From Raillietiella orientalis (Eukaryota), in NCBI GenBank assembly GCA_036172245.1, contig JAYWIR010000018.1:1426001-1490000 (forward strand): a DNA stretch of 64,000 bases, given 5' to 3'. Every line of letters starts with the position of its first letter. The first letter of the stretch is position 1. The notes beneath the pieces are model-generated. The model had not been told where the DNA came from and did no database searches. It worked only from the letters and a program-made list of their open reading frames with translations. The position numbers and the translations under genes are program-made. This document shows, piece after piece, positions 13,301 through 27,293 of the stretch.

Positions 13301-16300
13301 TCCTTCGTTCGAACCACTCCTTGCAGATGGCGATGTGTTGACGGAACGAGCACGACGCGGAGCCGGGTCGATGAGGTCAAAGTAGGCTTTTCCTCTCGTG
13401 GTGTCTCCTTCAGGCAGCTGGAATCCCCCCCTCAAGGGACAAAGGGAGAGGAAGAAAAAGGTCATCTCTGATCTCTTGTTGAAACTGGCGATGCCTCAAG
13501 GTGCTGGTGCGTTCGAAAATGCCACGGGTTCTCAATTGGATGTTGATGGCGACGTGACTTCTTGCTGGGGTCCAAACAAGCCGTGTAAAGAGGGAGAGGA
13601 AGAGACTTCCAGAGCTCGAAAGAGGACGGCAGCAGACGAAACTTTCGGATGCAAGGATTACCCTGGATCGTGGACCTCGACCGATCTTCGGAGCGGGTCG
13701 ACGGGGAGGCGAGGTTTTGAAAAAGACGCACGGACGTGCCATGAACCTTCGCGGCACGTGGTGGTTCTCGCGGAAGGCAGTCCTTAACGAACCTTGTCGT
13801 TCATCATGTCATGATTACGTGACGAGCCGTCCGAGAATCTGCCTGAGCGCTGACCTTTCGATTTTCCGTGCAGACGCTCGCCACAGTCAGTTGCGGTCTG
13901 TCCGCTTTCTCCTCCGCCCGCGTTTCCGCACGCTTGCGGAAGTCTGCTGGTAGGCGAGGGGGGCAGTTCGGCCGGCGCCCCATGGTCGATGGCGCGGGCG
14001 TTCCGGAGGAGGTCGCTGCCACGCGTTAGAGCGAAGCCGTGCACACCCCAGAGCGAGTCCCGGGAGGGGACGTACGTTTCGGTCACCGTTCACATCCTCT
14101 AAATGGTCTGACTCAGGAACCTCTGTTTCACCGGAGACGAAAGAAATCGAGAGCTGGGCGGAACGTCTATCCCAGTCACCGTCTTCCCGCCCGAGTTTCT
14201 GAATTCCGAGGTCTCTTCTTCCTGCCTCCCTGATTCCTGCGCTTAGTGTGAGTTTCCTTAGCAAATTGCAAAAAAAAGAAAGAAGCAACATCGAGCATGA
14301 AGCTCCTCTCCTTGAACGGGAGAAGAAAAACGCGTTCTCTCTTCTCCTCCTCCGCCCCTCCCCGTGTTCGGGGGAACGTGCACCACAAAGAGGAGGAGGC
14401 TTGGCAGCCATCGTGGCCATGATCTTCTCCCTGCAGCGCTGGCGGACCGAAGTCCCAAGCTGCTGGCGCATTTGCACGAGCAGCATATCCCCACTGCCGT
14501 GCGCTTTCGAGTCCATTCCTTCCTCGTTTTTTTTCCTGATGATCTAGGGGAGGCCCAGCGTAGCAAGAGACTCTCCCGTCTTCCGATCCGACGGAGATTT
14601 CTTTCTTTCTCCCGCCGCATTCCCGATCGCCGGGAATGGTACCAAAGACCCTTCCAGAAATCCTGCTCGACGCGCCGGGGCCCTTCCGACGTGTGCTGTT
14701 CCCGGGACGTCCCCGTCCCTGGGAGTTCCCGCCCGGGATACGGGACGCTGTACCTGAATGCCGGAATTCCCCCCTCCCCTTTCCTCCTTTTCGCCAAGTC
14801 TCCAACGCTCGGGAGTATCTCGCCCTGGCAGCTCGCCTGCTTTTGCCGATCCCGTTCGTTACTTCCAGGCTCGCTCTGCTGCCATCTTGTCTTTTGGCTG
14901 TTGCTGCTGCTGTTTTAACCTCCCCCTCCCCTCCTCTCTTCTTTTTTCCCGCAATCAAGGTGGTGCTTTTTGACAGCGGTGGCCATGTCAAGAAGCACTG
15001 CACCAAGTGCACTACTCACCAGCACGGCCACCGAAAGTGAAACAAACAAACGATGTGTGGCTGCCCGTCTGCTGGGGAAAGACAGCGCGCGCCATTATCA
15101 GCCGGCCTGCACGAGCGATCACGATGCAGCCGAGGAGACGCATGTGGTCATTATTTCTGGAGTTGGCGCGAACGATTTATCTGCATCTGCGATCGCCTCT
15201 CCTTGGAAACGAAGAACTCTGTCGATTCCGAAAAAAACCAATTAATCAATCAATTAGGTTCCCTCGAGGTAGCGCGATTCTTCTCCTACAAAACAACAGC
15301 AGCAGCAACAACAAAAAAAAATGCTCGCAACACATAAAAGGGAGGAGAACGAACGCGACGGATGCTGGAGCGCTCGCTTCCTCCGTACCTTCGATTCGGA
15401 ACGCGGCTGCTGCTTCTGTCGGTGCTGCGCTTTCGCTTCGTTGCTTTCTTGGGGTGGTCGCATTGTGCCATCATCATTCTTCCCGGACATTTGTTTAGGA
15501 GATGGTGAGCGCGCGCGCGCACGTCCCGCGCGCAACCCCGAGCGTTTTTATTGTGCGGCCATCTCTCCGCGGACGAGCAAATCTCGCTGACGTCAATGTC
15601 AGCGAGATTCGCTTTCCCTCCCGCGTGCGATTCACGCCTCCGTCGGCTGTCAGCCCGGATGACCCGGAGATTTCTCCTCGCGGTTCCCGAATTTCCGTCT
15701 CCAGCCCGAAAATTTCGGAAAGAGGCAGAGAGGGAGGAAGACTGACAGTTGCCCGCGCCCGCCTTTGTTCCGCAGGTTCGTCAGACCGCGGAGGATGATT
15801 TTCGTGTCACAGCTCTCGCGCGGAGGTTCGGAGAGGGGGGATCCTTTTCTCTCGGAGTCTCTCGCGGACTTCCTCGTTCGGCCGCCCGAGGACTCTGCCG
15901 GTGCTCGCTCGCAGCGCCGTGCGGAAGAGGGGCGCGTCTCGAGTCTACGCCTCTCGCCTCCACCTCCCTCCTCGTGGTGGCGCGAAAGGAATGGGGGGGA
16001 GGGAAGGCCGCCCTTTCGGAGTTCGGGCAGCCTCCCCCAGCTTTCCCTCTTCTGGGACGTATGGCAGGGTCCGCGGTCTGCTCGGTGGTCGGGAGCGGAC
16101 GCTGCCTGTGACACGACGCGAACGCCTGTGAGCACAGCGGAACTTTCCAGAGACACTCCCCACGAGGCCCGCTCGTGGATACGGGAGCTTCGAAGCTCGT
16201 CGGCTGCATCAGGGCGCTTCCCAGTTCCTCAAATTTCGCTTCCTAAGAACAGCAAATCCCCAGGAAACGGCGGGCTACTGTCGCGACGAGCTCCGCAGTG

Positions 16301-18086
16301 GGGACTTTACGTTCCTGTAGGAGGGAGAACGTCCTTAACGCTACGAACGTATGACCCGGGCCGCTTCCACCCCTGCGGCACCGCTATAAGAGTTCCTCGG
16401 GAACTTTCTGCCGAGTTGAGGTCACAGTCTTGCCGGTGCCTTGAGGCAGCTCCCATCTTCGTGAGTGGACTTTCAGCCTGTGGTGTCGCGAGGTGTGCGG
16501 CGAATGCGCAAGGTGGTATCTTGGAGTGCGGCACTCCTGATGGGTCGTCAGTAGCTGCTGTTCTTTTGGAACTGCGTCGCCGGTGGGGACTTCATACCTG
16601 CCGCTTACCCCCTGGGCTTCAGGATAGCCGGGAGCCCAGTGAGCGAGCGTGCGAGGCAAGGCAACCTCGAGCCCGGAGGTCGCACGTCTCGCCTAGCGCG
16701 TCGAGCGAAGCGCCCATCCGCGCTTTCCCTCTCCGAGGGAAGCATTGAGGAGGATGAAAACGTTCCGAAGGCGTGACGTCATGCCGCCGCAGTCTTTTCC
16801 CTTCCCGAGTGGGAGACTGGCGAAAAGACTCCGAGGACCATGCCGACGTCAGGGAAAGCACAAGGGCGCCTCCCCGAAGCTGTTTTTTTGCAAGCGCCGA
16901 GGGCCAGCAGAGCGTTTCAGCCTTTCCTGGCCAGACCCACTTGTCTGTCCGCAGCTTTCTTCCTTCGGGGGAGCGAAGTCCCTGGAGTTCCCTTCAGAGA
17001 TTTCTCTCCTCTCAGCCGCCAAAGCGTGCGAACTCTGGCGAGAGATGGGAAGTACCAATCGAACTTCCACTGCAATCTCTGCAAGAATTAGCAATCCATG
17101 TCCGCAATGAACGTGGACATCGATCACTAATGGTGGCCGTTCACGGTCCTCGTGGGTCAGTAGTAGGCACCCTAGGTCTCGGAAGCATTCCTCACAGAGA
17201 GATGTCCCTCCCACACCTGAGCGCCGCGCCCCGGGCGTACCCGGGTGGCAACCCACAACTGAGCGCCGTGAATGGAAACTCAACTACCGTTGGTCTCATG
17301 GATGCGAAATGGGGAGACAAACGAGGTCATTCTCTCCACCCACTAGGGGGGGGGGGTGGAGGCGCTTGGAGAGGGACCCCGGGCAGATCCGAGAGTTCCA
17401 AGTTCTCATCTCTCCTCCTCTCTCCTCCGAATCTTCCCGGAGGACCGCACCACTCGATCCCACCGCGCGCATGCTCGCCAGGTTCAAACATCCCGTCCAC
17501 ATTCCTTCATTTTGTTGTCGTTTCTCTTTTCTCTACCCGCATCGTGGTCGATTTGTGGATCAGTTTGTGGATGTTGACCTCCTCATCCACAAGCACGTGA
17601 ATGAGCTCCGTCCGGGAACACTGCCTCTCCGAGCGGTCTGCCACCCGGATGGCATGGAAAGGTTACCTTTGGCGACGCCTCAACCAGAGCAAGCAGCATG
17701 GGAGGAAGCGTCCTCTGAGACCTTCCAAGGTCCTAAACCGTTCCGGTACGGATTAGGTGGCTTCCGGGGAGCTAGGCGAGGGAACGGAGTGAACCATGGG
17801 GCGGCAAACGCTGCATGCCGGCCGTGTTGCCCGACCCTTTCCTTCTGGGATGGCCTCCACCGAAGAGAAGCCTCTTCGCCTTCGCTACCCAAGCCTTCGC
17901 GGTTGCTATCTTCGCATGCGCGAAGAAGACAACTCCGGCTACTTAGCAGGCATCCCTCTGATCCCTCCCCTCCCAACCGATCCTCACCCCTTTTTTCTTG
18001 AGTATTTCTTGAGCTTCAGATCCTCAATCCTCCCGTAGCACTTCGGACTATTTGGATGCCCCGTCTTCATTCGGTGCTGTTTCCAG

Positions 18087-18267
18087 GTACCCCGCGCCTT
18101 ACGGGAACGGGAACCGTGCACATCATTGTGGAGGATGTGAATGACCACGCTCCAGAGTTCGAACTGGACCACTACGTCGCCTACGTGAAGGAGAATCAGC
18201 CAGCGGGCACGCGCGTCTTCCGGGTCCAGGCGAGCGACAGAGATGCCGGTGTCAACGCTGATCTCAG
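18087..18267 (+). CDS. ft: Fat/FAT4-like cadherin exon after the 10.7-kb intron
   Basis: ttccag|GTACC and CTCAG|gtaagc. Continues AMDNG|TPRLTGTGTVHIIVEDVNDHAPEF in frame with the 7394 donor. Confidence 0.9.
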
Positions 18268-19059
18268 GTAAGCGTCGGATGGGGCTCGCGCCGGCGCATG
18301 GCTCCTTCCCCCGGGATGCGCTCCCAAGAAAAGTTCCCATCGTCCCGCTTCGACGGCGCGCAGGACCGCCGCCGTGAGACAAGTAGAGTCTCCCGGTTGG
18401 CCAGACCACTCTGGGGAAGACACGGGGTCGCCTCCTCACAAATGGCATGCATTTGTGGGGGCAGCGTTTAGCGCGTGTTCCCTGGCCATCTTCCGCCTGC
18501 TGCTGGTCCCGGATCGCCCCCACGGTGGACCTTGCTTCCGGAAATCCCGGATCGTGCACCCAGACCGCTGCTCCAAGATGGCGCACTCATCCCAAGGCCT
18601 ATCCCCTGACGCCCCCCCCCTTCTGACGTGTCTGTGTTTTCTCACTGTGTTCTATAGGGACGTCTTCCGTCCCTGCCTCGGATCTTCTTCCGTCCGCATT
18701 GCCCAGCCTAGGGGGTGGGAAGACAGGCAACCATGTTCTTCCCCCTTCGATCCCAGGATGTGTGTGAGCCCCCTCGCGCGGGAATAGGTCGCGCGACAAG
18801 AACTATGCGATTTCGCCAACATGATGGGAGCAGGGGAGAAGGAAGGGGGTGAGGTGGAAGGGAGGCCAAGGAGGGAGTTCGTTTTTGTCAGGTCCCCGGC
18901 CTCCTGGCTATCCTCTCCCTGCCCCACCCCCCTCGCCTCTTCTCTCAGGGAGGGGAAACTCGGCTGCGCCCTGCGGACTCTCTCTGGCAGAACTGCTGGA
19001 GAGCGTACCCCCCTCTCTCCCATCCCCCTTTTCACGACTTTCCTCCTCACGACCCGTAG

Positions 19060-19310
19060 GTACCACCTGTCGACGCACGCAGACAAGTTTTCCGTGGACG
19101 AGAGCTCGGGGACCATCACCACCCTCGCGCCGCTGGACAGGGAGAGGCAGGACTCCTACGGCCTTGTTGTCACGGCGACTGACTCGGGGCTTTCGGACGC
19201 GCTGACCACCTCGACCAACGTCACAGTCGTCGTGCAGGATGTCAATGACAACGATCCCATCTTCGATGCTCGACCGGCGAGCGTTTGCATCCCGGAGGAC
19301 TTGTGTCCCG
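19060..19310 (+). CDS. ft: Fat/FAT4-like cadherin exon
   Basis: ccgtag|GTAC and CCCG|gtaagg. Encodes RYHLSTHADKFSVD...LDRE...DVNDNDPIF; phases are consistent. Confidence 0.9.
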
Positions 19311-19391
19311 GTAAGGTCCCAGGGATCTGACTGCGCATCACAGAGTTTTCTCCCTCTCTTCTCTCTCCTTTCCTGTTCCACACCCCTGCAG

Positions 19392-22300
19392 GAGATTTCG
19401 TCTTCGGGATCACCGCGAAGGACGCCGACTCCGGAGAGAACGCTAAGGTCACGTACTCCCTGCGCGAGGAGCAGGGCACGCCGGCGTTTCAGATCGACCC
19501 GGTCACTGGGATCATCACCCTCAAGGAGCAGCGTCCCGGAGGAAGAAACGCCTCCATCCTCCGGATTCTCGCCACGGATTCCGGGACCCCCTCCCGCTCT
19601 TCGGAGATGGAGCTGACCGTCTGTTACCGGGAGAGGAAGCAATTTCCGTCCATCGGCCCGTCGGGTGGCCGCTTCGTGATCCGGGAGAACGCGGGGGACG
19701 CGCCCTCCAGGATCACCTCGCTGGAGGGTTCCTCGCCAAAGAGAGGGGAGCGGGGTAGAGTGCGCTACTCCATCGTGGGGGGAAACTTCGGAGGGGAGTT
19801 CTCGGTCAACGTGACCTCGGGGGAACTGCAGGCGTCGTCGCCGCTCGACCGCGAGGCGAGGTCCCGCCACGAGCTCTGGATCGGCGGTTGGGACTCGGAC
19901 GATCCGCCACTGGGCGCGTTCGTCATGGTGACAGTCGAAGTGGAGGACGCCAACGACAACGCGCCGTCCTTCGGCCTTCCAGCGTACAAGCTGCAGGTGC
20001 CCGAAGAGGAGACTCCCTTCTTCGAGCTATCCGCAGTCCGAGCGACCGACCCGGACAGCGGCGACAACGGTCGCGTGACCTACCGACTGCTTCCGGCGGA
20101 GAGGAAGGAGGAGGCGAGGATAGACGCCGACGCCGACGAGATCCCCTTCGAGATCGGCGAGACCACGGGGTTGCTGCGCACCACCCACAAACTGGACAGG
20201 GAGCAGCGCGACTCGTACGCGTTCCTCGTGGAGGCGTCTGACCTCGGCAGTCCTCCGCTGAGCCGCCGGACTCACGTCTTCGTGTCGGTCCTCGACAAGA
20301 ACGATAACCCTCCCCGCTTCAGCCGGCTGTTCAGCGTGAACGTGACGGAGAATGCCCCCGCGGGTACCTTCGTCGTCCAGGTGACCAGCTCGGACAGGGA
20401 CGTGGGAGCCAACGCTCGAGCAACGTACAGCCTGGTGGAGAACCCTGGTGGCAAGTTCGCAATCAATTCCTCCACCGGGATGGTGACGACCCTCGAGGTG
20501 TTGGACCGGGAGGAGGCGGAGGAGTACGCGCTGAAGGTGGCGGCTGAGGACGGGTCGTGGAGGTCGGAGACGCCCCTGACCGTGTCCGTTCAGGACGAGA
20601 ACGACAACGCCCCCGCGTTCCGCAGCCGCTCATACTTCTTCGAGATAGCCGAGTCCCCCAGCCCGGTTGCTTTCGTGGGACGGGTGGAGGCAGAGGACCG
20701 GGACAGGAAGGGAGCCAACTCGTTCGTGTCCTACTCTCTCCGACACCGCTCCGATCTTTTTGGCATCGACCCCAGCTCGGGGGAGATCCTTTCGAGGAGA
20801 GCGCTCTCTTACGAGCGTGGAGTCGTTCGCGGATCTCCCGGGAACCGCCACTCGCTCGTGGTGGTCGCGACGGACGGTGGCGTGCCGCCCCTGTCCGGGG
20901 AATGCATGGTCATCATCAGCGTCCTGGACACCAACGACCACGCGCCGAGGATACTCTCCAGGGACCTCTTCCTGCCCGTGGTGGAGGGCCTGGATCCTGG
21001 TTACCGGGTCGGTCGGGTTGAAGCTCAGGACGACGACGTAGGAAGGAACGCGGAGGTCACGTTCTCGGCTGCCGGGGGGAACGCGTCCTCGTTCCTGGAC
21101 ATAGAAGAGGATACCGGCTGGATCTTCCTCTCCCGGCGTCCCGACTCCAGGAGGAATGCTGTGTTCGTCCTGACCGTGCGCGCCAGCGATCAGGGCATTC
21201 CCCGACTCCACGACGAGGTGAACGTTACGTTCGTGGTCACAGGGGTCAACGCCTTCGAGCCAGAGTTCCTGGTGTCCAGCTATCAGGTCAGCGTTCCCGA
21301 AAACGAGCGTCCGGGAACCACGATCGTGACCGTCCGCTCGTTCGACCGCGATGAGGGGGTCAACGGGATGACCCGCTACATGCTGGAAGAGGGTGACCTG
21401 GATGGCACCCTGATCCTCGACCAGGACACGGGCGACGTGGTTCTGGGACGCCCGCTCGACTACGAGCTTCTCCGGGAGTATCGCCTGAACATCAGCGTGG
21501 TCGACTCAGCCATGTTCCCTCGCCGATCCGTGGCCACACTGACCGTCGTGGTCACCGACGTCAACGACAACATCCCTGTTTTCAACAGCTCCGAATTCCA
21601 TGTGAGCGTGCCTGAGAACTTGCCTCCGGGAAGCTGGGTCACCGAGCTGTCTGCAAATGATCCGGATTCGCCTCCCAACGCTGTCGTCCGCTATGCCATC
21701 GTGAGCGGAAAGGACAAGGACAGGTTCTCCGTGGGGGAAGACACGGGCATCGTCTTGGCCCTGGTGACCTTCGACTACGAGATCAATAAGGAGTACTCCG
21801 TGAACATCCTCGCCAGCAACCCAGGCACAAGCTACAGTGGGATAGCCAAGCTGAAGGTGCACGTAACGGGAGTCAACGAGTACTTCCCCAAGCTGGCGCA
21901 GTCGGTGTTCCGCTTCTATGTGTCCGAGTCGGTGCCTGTGGGCACTGAGGTGGGCACGGTGACCGCCAGCGACCAGGATGACGGAGAGGACGGGGAGGTC
22001 TTCTACCTGCTAGTCGGTCAGAGCGGAGAAAAAAGCTTCTGCATCGACCACGATTCCGGGGTACTGAGAGTCGCGCGACCCCTGGACAGGGAGTCCCAGA
22101 ATCGCGTGGTGCTCACAGTGATAGCCAAGAACGCCGGAAGCATCCGGGGAAACGACGTGGACGAAGGGCAGATTATCGTGACCATTCAGGATGACAACGA
22201 CCCGCCTGCGTTCGCCAAGCCCTCTTACCAGGCCAGTGTCTCCGAGACGAGTCGCATCGGCTCCGAGGTCATCGTGCTTCAGGCCACAGACAGAGATGCC

Positions 22301-24339
22301 AAGCCACCCAACAACCAGTTCGGCTACTGGCTGCTTCCTGATCCGGAGGTCGGTGGCAGAGATGGCTCTGAGCTCCCCTTCCGCATCGACCGCGTCTCTG
22401 GCCGCGTGGAGACCGCCGCGTCCCTGGACAGGGAGCGCACCGAGTCCTACCACATGCTGGTGATCGCCATCGACAAGGGTTCCCCTCCGAAGACAGGGAC
22501 GGCCTCACTGGTCGTCCTCGTGGAGGACGCCAACGACAACGCACCCGAGTTCCCCGAAGGCGGTCTCCGGGGGTTCGTCTACGAGAACGAACCCTCCGGC
22601 ACCGTGGTGATGGTGCTGTCGGCCTTCGATAGGGACTCCACTGCCAACGGTGCTCCCTTCTCATACTTCTTGGTCGACGATGGAAAGCTCGAGCCGCCCT
22701 TCGAGCTGAAGAGGAGCACCGGGGAGCTCTCCACGACCCGTGGCCTGGACCGCGAGACGGATGCTGAGTTCTTCCTCGCTGTCCGCGTGGAGGACTCCGG
22801 CATCCCGACCCTCTCCTCCCTGCACAAGCTCCGAATCTCCGTCCTGGACAAGAACGACCGCCCATCGAGACCCAGGAGGGTCAGGGTGCACGTGTTCTAC
22901 CTGGCGGGAACCTTCTCCGGGAAGATTGCGGACATCCGTCCCCTGGACGAGGACCTCACGGGGGACTACCGGTGCTCCTTGGCTTCGGGAGCTTCCGGAG
23001 GCTTCCTGTCCGTGGAGAGAGGCTGCGAGCTCCACTCCTCCAGGAATGAAGAGGATGACCTTGTCGTCAACTTCACCTCGTCGGGAAACGACGGCGTCCA
23101 CGACAGTGTAGTGTCCTCAGTGTCCGTGAGCTTCCGGACGCTGAGCAACTGGACCTTGGAGAACGTCGTGGTCCTCAGCATGATGAACACCACCCCGAGC
23201 GCTTTCCTCCAGAAGGGCTACCGGGGCCTGGTGGAAGTCCTGGAGGAGCTCTTTCCCCGCGACGAAGTCATCGTGTTTTCCATTCTGCCCGTGGACCACC
23301 GCTCTGACGTCTTCCTCGTCGTGAGAGATTCCTCCGGCTACAGGAGCCCGCAGGAGATCAGGCAGAGCATCCTCTTGTCGGAAAAGAGGATTTCCAGAGC
23401 AGTGAACGTGCAGGAGTTGGTCGTGGACTTCCGTCTGTGCTCCGAGTCGCCGTGCAGAAACTACGGGCAGTGCTCGGAGGTCATCAACATTAACAGGGAG
23501 ATTCATATCGCGGACAGCCCCTCCTTGGTCATAACGTCCCCTTCACTGAGCAGGCAGACAACCTGTGATTGCCCGGAAGGATTCATTGGCCCCAGGTGCG
23601 AGTTCCGGAAGGATCCTTGCGCGTCCAGCCCCTGCTTCGAAGGCGCCTCCTGCATCGACCGCGGCTTCGATTTTTACTGCCAGTGCCCCCTTCACAGGGA
23701 AGGAAAGACGTGCGAGGTGGTCATGCAGAGGGTTTGCGAGAGCGACCCCTGTGCCAATGGGGGAACCTGCCAAGAAATGGCCTTGGGGAAGTTCTTCTGC
23801 CTGTGCCGATCCGGGTTCGAGGGGGTGAGCTGCGAGACCGTCTCCGATTCGTGCCTGCTCCACCCCTGCAAGAACGCGGGGAAGTGCGTCAACAGCTACC
23901 CTGGGTATTCCTGCTTCTGCCCTGCCAACTACTTCGGCGCCCACTGCGAGAAATCCTCTCTGGGGTTCACGAGGCTGTCCTACGCTCAGTACCCCAAGCT
24001 CGACCCCAGCACCAACGATATATCCATCACGTTCTCTTCCAACCAGAAGAACGCACTGCTGGCCTACAACTACGGGTCGTCCAACCAGGGAAGGTCCGAC
24101 TTCTTGGCCCTGGAGATCGTGGACGGAAAGCCGCGCTTCTCGTACGCAGGCATGCGCACGACGACCAGCTCGATCCAGCTGGACAAGGACGTTGCTGACG
24201 GCGAGTGGTACAAGCTGAACGCCATCAGGAACGGCAAAGTCATTTCCCTGAGTCTGTCCGTGTGCACGGACGGTGAGAACTGCACCGAATGCGACCTGTT
24301 CGACTGGGGTTGCTACGTGGACGGCCACGGAACGGCAGG
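19392..24339 (+). CDS. ft: Fat/FAT4-like cadherin large exon: cadherin repeats, EGF-like repeats, first laminin-G domain
   Basis: 4948-nt open exon (contains ORF 19607-24343) with many cadherin repeats, Cys-rich EGF modules (CxNGGTC, CxCxxGFxGxxCE) and LamG (DFLALEIVDGKPRF, VADGEWY). ctgcag| acceptor, |gtgagt donor. Confidence 0.95.
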
Positions 24340-24473
24340 GTGAGTCGCAGGAAACGCCAGAGAAGATCTCTTCTTCGCCCCCTTCTCCCTTGTCCCCCCG
24401 CCTCTCTCTCCTTTTCTCGCTCTCTTCTCATGCCCTTCTCCCACCCCACCTCTACTGATTCGTGTCTTTCCAG

Positions 24474-24975
24474 CACCCTCAACTTCAATGGTAACCCCAT
24501 GTTCGTCGGAGGCGTCGAATCGGTCAGTGCTCTCCTGGAGCGACCCGGTCAGGTGGTTACCGATGACTTCGTTGGGTGCGTGGCCTCCGTTCTGATCGAC
24601 GGCAAACCCTCGGAGATGCTGCGCTCCTCTGGGATATCGGAGTCCTGCGCTCGTTCCGTGGACCCCTGCGAGAGCAACCCGTGCGGCCCGGAAGCCGTGT
24701 GCCACGACCTGTGGGACTCCCATGTGTGCCACTGCTCCAATGGACTGGTGTCCACGGACTGCGACGAGGAGTTCAACCCGATCACCTTGGTCGACTCCTA
24801 CGTGTCCTTCAATGTTCTGGAGACCTACAGGAGGTACCACCTCTTTCCTGGGTACCAACAGTGGAAGAGGGACGACTTCCATCCCTCCAAGAGCCTCTCC
24901 TTCCTGCTGAGGACCATCAAGCCCGAAGCCGTGCTCCTTTACTCTGCTTCCGATTTGGGATTCACTTTGATCAAG
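24474..24975 (+). CDS. ft: Fat/FAT4-like cadherin exon (LamG end, EGF, start of second LamG)
   Basis: ttccag|CACC and AAG|gtaagg. Encodes GTLNFNGNPMFVGG...DFVGC...CESNPC. Confidence 0.9.
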
Positions 24976-25490
24976 GTAAGGGTCAAGGCCTCGACCTCTC
25001 TTCACTTGTCTCGTCCTTGCGCACTCACCCTCGCAGTTGGTTCTCTAACCGCGCCGAGAACCGCCAAGCAGTCCTCGGACGCTTCCCTGTTCCCCTTCTC
25101 TTCACAGCTTTTCCGGCACGCATGTTTCCCTTTTTCAACCGTTCCCTCGGTAAGCGGAGCGTGGACTCCTCCCGGTAGGGGGAGCGAGCGATCCGTTCTC
25201 TGAAGCCCCCTCGCCCCCAGCAGGTCTCGGCCCGGCGGCAGCGGCAGCGATGGTGGTGGTGGTGCGTAGGGAGGAGCGGGAAGAGGCAAGTTTCGCGAGA
25301 GGAGGAGGAGAGCAAGGGTCACAGGGAAAAGATCGAGGAAGGCTTGTTCTGTGGAAACCAAGTTGCCCCTAGGCTGTGAGGGTGACCGGTCCCTTTCCGG
25401 GGTGTCCACTTTTTCCGCGTTACCTGTCCTCGCGCCTCCTTGAGTGTTCGGAGGGCAGAAAAATTCATTCCTTCTCCCTTCTCCTCGCAG

Positions 25491-27293
25491 ATCGAGAACG
25501 GGATCCTGAGGTACACGTCCAGGTCGGGCACGCAGTCTCCTGTGGATATGACCGACGATGGGAACACCAGGCTGGATAACGGGAAATGGCACAACGTCAC
25601 CCTGACCTCGGACGAGGACTACTTTTCCCTCCTTCTGAACGGAAATCCCATCGGGGAGGAGCTGGATGTCCGGATCATCCATGACTTTCTGGACCCGCGC
25701 CTGACGCGGCTTAGCATCGGCGGAGGGGACATCCCGCACAACCACTCCGGTAAGTCCCCCGTGACAGGGCGAGGAGAGGACTACTCCTCTTCCGCCTTTC
25801 CTCCAGGATTTCATGGGTGCATGTCTACATTGGTGATCAACGGTGTCGTGCAGGCGTTCATCGGTGAGGGACCGTTCCTGGAACCCGTCCACCACGGGTC
25901 CGTCCACTTGGGCTGCTTCCCAGAGGCTTTCGGCGCGCCGGGCTCCGCCGACCCTCTCAGCATCGGCGTGACGCTGGTCATCGTATTCTTCGTGGTCCTG
26001 CTCGTCGGCCTGACCATCAGCCTGGCGGCATTCCGCCTGCGCAGGCTCCGTAGGGAGAAGCCAGGAGACCCGCGCAAGCAGAACGGGTTGGCTCCGTCCG
26101 GAGGCGGCCGCTACGCGGCCAACGGTGTCCACACGGGCGACGCCCTCAAGTCGCGCCTGCAACCCGGCCGCCGGATCAAGGAGCTGGCAGACCGACCTCC
26201 GCGGCCGGATGTCCTCGAGAGGGAGATGGCGCCGCCACACCCCATCGTCCGCTCTCATCCCTTTTCACCTCCGCTCCCGGACGCCGCCGAGTACCCGGAG
26301 CACTACGATCTGGAAAACTCCAGCTCAATCGCCCCTTCCGACATCGACGTGATGTTCCACTACCGGGGCTACCGCGACGAACCCCTCAAGCGGTACAAGT
26401 CCGGCCCGCGCCCGCCGCCCTCCGTCTACAAGCACAGACACTCCCCCCATCAGTTCCCTCCTTCCCCTTCCCCGCGAGACTTGGTGCGGAATCCCGGTGT
26501 CACCTCCTCCTCGAGGGGCTCCCCCGGGACTCTCAAGATGCAGAGCACCCCTCTGGCGAGACTGAGCCCCAGCAGCGAGCTTTCCCACCCCAGGATCCTC
26601 ACCCTCCAGGACATCAGCGGCAAGCCGCTGCAGAGGGCGTTCCTGGCCGGTTCCCAGGGCGCTCGCATCAAGGACGTCACCTCGGCGAGCGAGCGCAGCC
26701 TCAACAGTCCCATCTCCCGGCTCAGCACGGGCAGCACAACGTCCCCTCCCCCTTCCCTTGAAGAAGACAAGCGCGTCGTTGCGGTGGACCGGTCGCGCGG
26801 TCGCGGCTCCGGGGCGTGCAGCCTCGTCAGCACTCTGGACGGGATGTCGGACGACTCCGACGGCGGGGGAGGTGGTGGTGGCGGCGGCGACGTGGCCGGA
26901 GGCAGCGTGGACGACGGAGACTCCAGCTCGGAATGCAGCGGGAACGACTCGTTCACCTGCTCGGAGATGGAGTACGAGGCCGGGAAGGACTTTGGGTCGG
27001 AGAACTCCTTCTTGCCCTCCGGGAGGTTCCCAACGGACAAGGACTTCGACTCCTTCCGCGGTTCCCTGAGCACCCTAGTCGCATCGGACGATGAGCACTC
27101 CGTGGTCGGCGGACGCTCGGGCGGGGTCTACGCCAAGGGCTCCGACTTCGGCTGGGACCACCTGCTCAACTGGGGTCCCAACTTCCAGAGCCTCATGGGG
27201 GTCTTCAAAGACTTGGCAGAGTTTCCCGACTCCCCAGCGCTGAGGTCGAACCACAGATTCGAGATCAGAAAGCCAGACGAGGAGTACGTGTGA
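25491..27293 (+). CDS. ft: Fat/FAT4-like cadherin last exon: LamG, transmembrane helix, intracellular domain
   Basis: TM segment IGVTLVIVFFVVLLVGLTISL. Fat/FAT4-type intracellular motifs EHYDLENSSSIAPSDID, SFTCSE, FRGSLSTLVASDD, WDHLLNWGP and C-terminal EEYV-stop identify the Fat (ft)/FAT4 class rather than Fat2/FAT1-3. Confidence 0.93.
   Translation: MENGILRYTSRSGTQSPVDMTDDGNTRLDNGKWHNVTLTSDEDYFSLLLNGNPIGEELDVRIIHDFLDPRLTRLSIGGGDIPHNHSGKSPVTGRGEDYSSSAFPPGFHGCMSTLVINGVVQAFIGEGPFLEPVHHGSVHLGCFPEAFGAPGSADPLSIGVTLVIVFFVVLLVGLTISLAAFRLRRLRREKPGDPRKQNGLAPSGGGRYAANGVHTGDALKSRLQPGRRIKELADRPPRPDVLEREMAPPHPIVRSHPFSPPLPDAAEYPEHYDLENSSSIAPSDIDVMFHYRGYRDEPLKRYKSGPRPPPSVYKHRHSPHQFPPSPSPRDLVRNPGVTSSSRGSPGTLKMQSTPLARLSPSSELSHPRILTLQDISGKPLQRAFLAGSQGARIKDVTSASERSLNSPISRLSTGSTTSPPPSLEEDKRVVAVDRSRGRGSGACSLVSTLDGMSDDSDGGGGGGGGGDVAGGSVDDGDSSSECSGNDSFTCSEMEYEAGKDFGSENSFLPSGRFPTDKDFDSFRGSLSTLVASDDEHSVVGGRSGGVYAKGSDFGWDHLLNWGPNFQSLMGVFKDLAEFPDSPALRSNHRFEIRKPDEEYV

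Noticed and set aside
7395..18086. ORFs within the 10.7-kb fat intron, including a possible GTGAGT donor at 11381
   Set aside because: No domain motifs or coherent exon chain. The flanking fat exons join in frame without them. A nested gene cannot be excluded without RNA data.
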